This document shows, piece after piece, positions 63,001 to 64,000 of a DNA stretch of 64,000 bases. The stretch comes from Callorhinchus milii (lineage: Eukaryota). The notes below the pieces were generated by a model. That model was not told the DNA's origin. It was given only the letters and a program-made list of their open reading frames with translations, and did no database searches. The first letter of the stretch is position 1, and each line of letters opens with the position of its first letter. Location: assembly GCF_018977255.1 (NCBI RefSeq), contig NW_024704743.1, forward strand, positions 61,630,001 through 61,694,000. The letters are read 5' to 3'. Both the position numbers and the translations under genes were made by a program.

Positions 63001-64000
63001 GAGGTGGTTCATCACATCCGACTGGTTAAGAATCACAATTTCAAATTAAGAATTACAATTTCAGTCAATAATACTGGCTAGTCCCAGGTGTTAACACCTC
63101 CTCCCCCTCACCACCACCCAACTACCGCCACCAACATCATTACATGGTTCTTTCCAATCTGAGCACAAGGGAGACATTGCAATACAAAGCAATACTGAAC
63201 AGCACCAGGAAGTCTGCAGCTGTCTTGCAAAAAGATTTTTCTGGTATTTCAGATTAATGCACGTCCTTTAAAGCGTGAGGGTATGTGTCCATATTTCCAG
63301 TACATGCACTCTGCTTACTTGAGTGCCTCACCGAGTGGTTCAGGTGGTTCAATATTTTATTATTATTATTGTTTTATTACGGCCTGAATATCTGTGAAAC
63401 AATATAAATTTTATCAACACACTAACATTTTGCTTATTTTCATCTATGCAAATAACATATTTCAGCTGTTGATGATCTCTGTTTTACATATCCACTTGCA
63501 AACTCACTGGCTTGTGCACACACAGACACACACCCTTAAAAGGACACACACCTTTAGATTCATAGATATTACAGCATAGAATTAGTACGTACAGCCCATT
63601 GATCCTAAACTGGTGGCAGTGCCTCTATTGTACTCTAATCCCAATTCCCTGCTCTTTTCCCTATACCCTGGAGAATTTTATTTCCATCTGCTGTTGTACA
63701 AATGTTCATTCAGTCTCTTCATTCACCTTGGTAACAATTGCTGCACAAATCTTGTGAGAACACTATAGATAAAACTGAAACTATCTTCTGGCAGCAATTC
63801 ACAACAGCTATCTTCAACCACATATCATTGCACACCATAGTGGCCAGCATCAATATTTTGCCTACAAAATAAAGTCACTAGATATTACGGTATATCCTGT
63901 GAAGCGCTTTGAGACATCATCTCAGCATGAAGGGTGTTATTTATAACATAAAATTCCATTTGTATTGCTCCTTTTCACGTCGGGAGGACGTGCCAAGGAG

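Noticed and set aside
63253..63280. 28-nt micro-exon (TTTCAG|ATTAATGCAC...GAGG|GTATGT)
   Set aside because: The length is not a multiple of three, and such signals are expected by chance in 64 kb.
1..64000. ORF track entries as genes
   Set aside because: All are under 180 aa and many start at TTG/GTG/CTG. The recognisable ones are frameshifted L2/CR1/L1 ORF2, and the recurrent 'KCKDYYYY' peptides are SINE tails.

Overview
Vertebrate non-coding DNA, not prokaryotic. The repeat content points to a cartilaginous fish, most likely a chimaera such as Callorhinchus milii; this is inferred from recalled repeat families, not from a search. Much of the window is decayed retroposons: many L2 LINE fragments (one ~1.6 kb ORF2/RT remnant), CR1 3' fragments, one L1-like RT fragment, an old Deu-domain SINE, and a younger tRNA-Ala-headed SINE with an L2-type tail in long and short subfamilies. 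No intact protein-coding gene is supported. The ORF track is either broken LINE ORF2 or chance ORFs, so the window is intergenic or inside a very large intron, with a few weak exon candidates. The most notable observations are (1) a ~200-bp stretch resembling the ancient 'amniote' repeat MER121, plus AmnSINE2-like copies; (2) an unclassified, A-tailed, 5'-truncated repeat family with 8 copies, one carrying a telomere-like insertion; (3) a tail-to-tail L2 hairpin with the architecture of L2-derived miRNAs, plus other strong hairpins in unique DNA; and (4) covarying 3' stem-loops linking SINE and L2 subfamilies. Family names are from memory and element boundaries are approximate.
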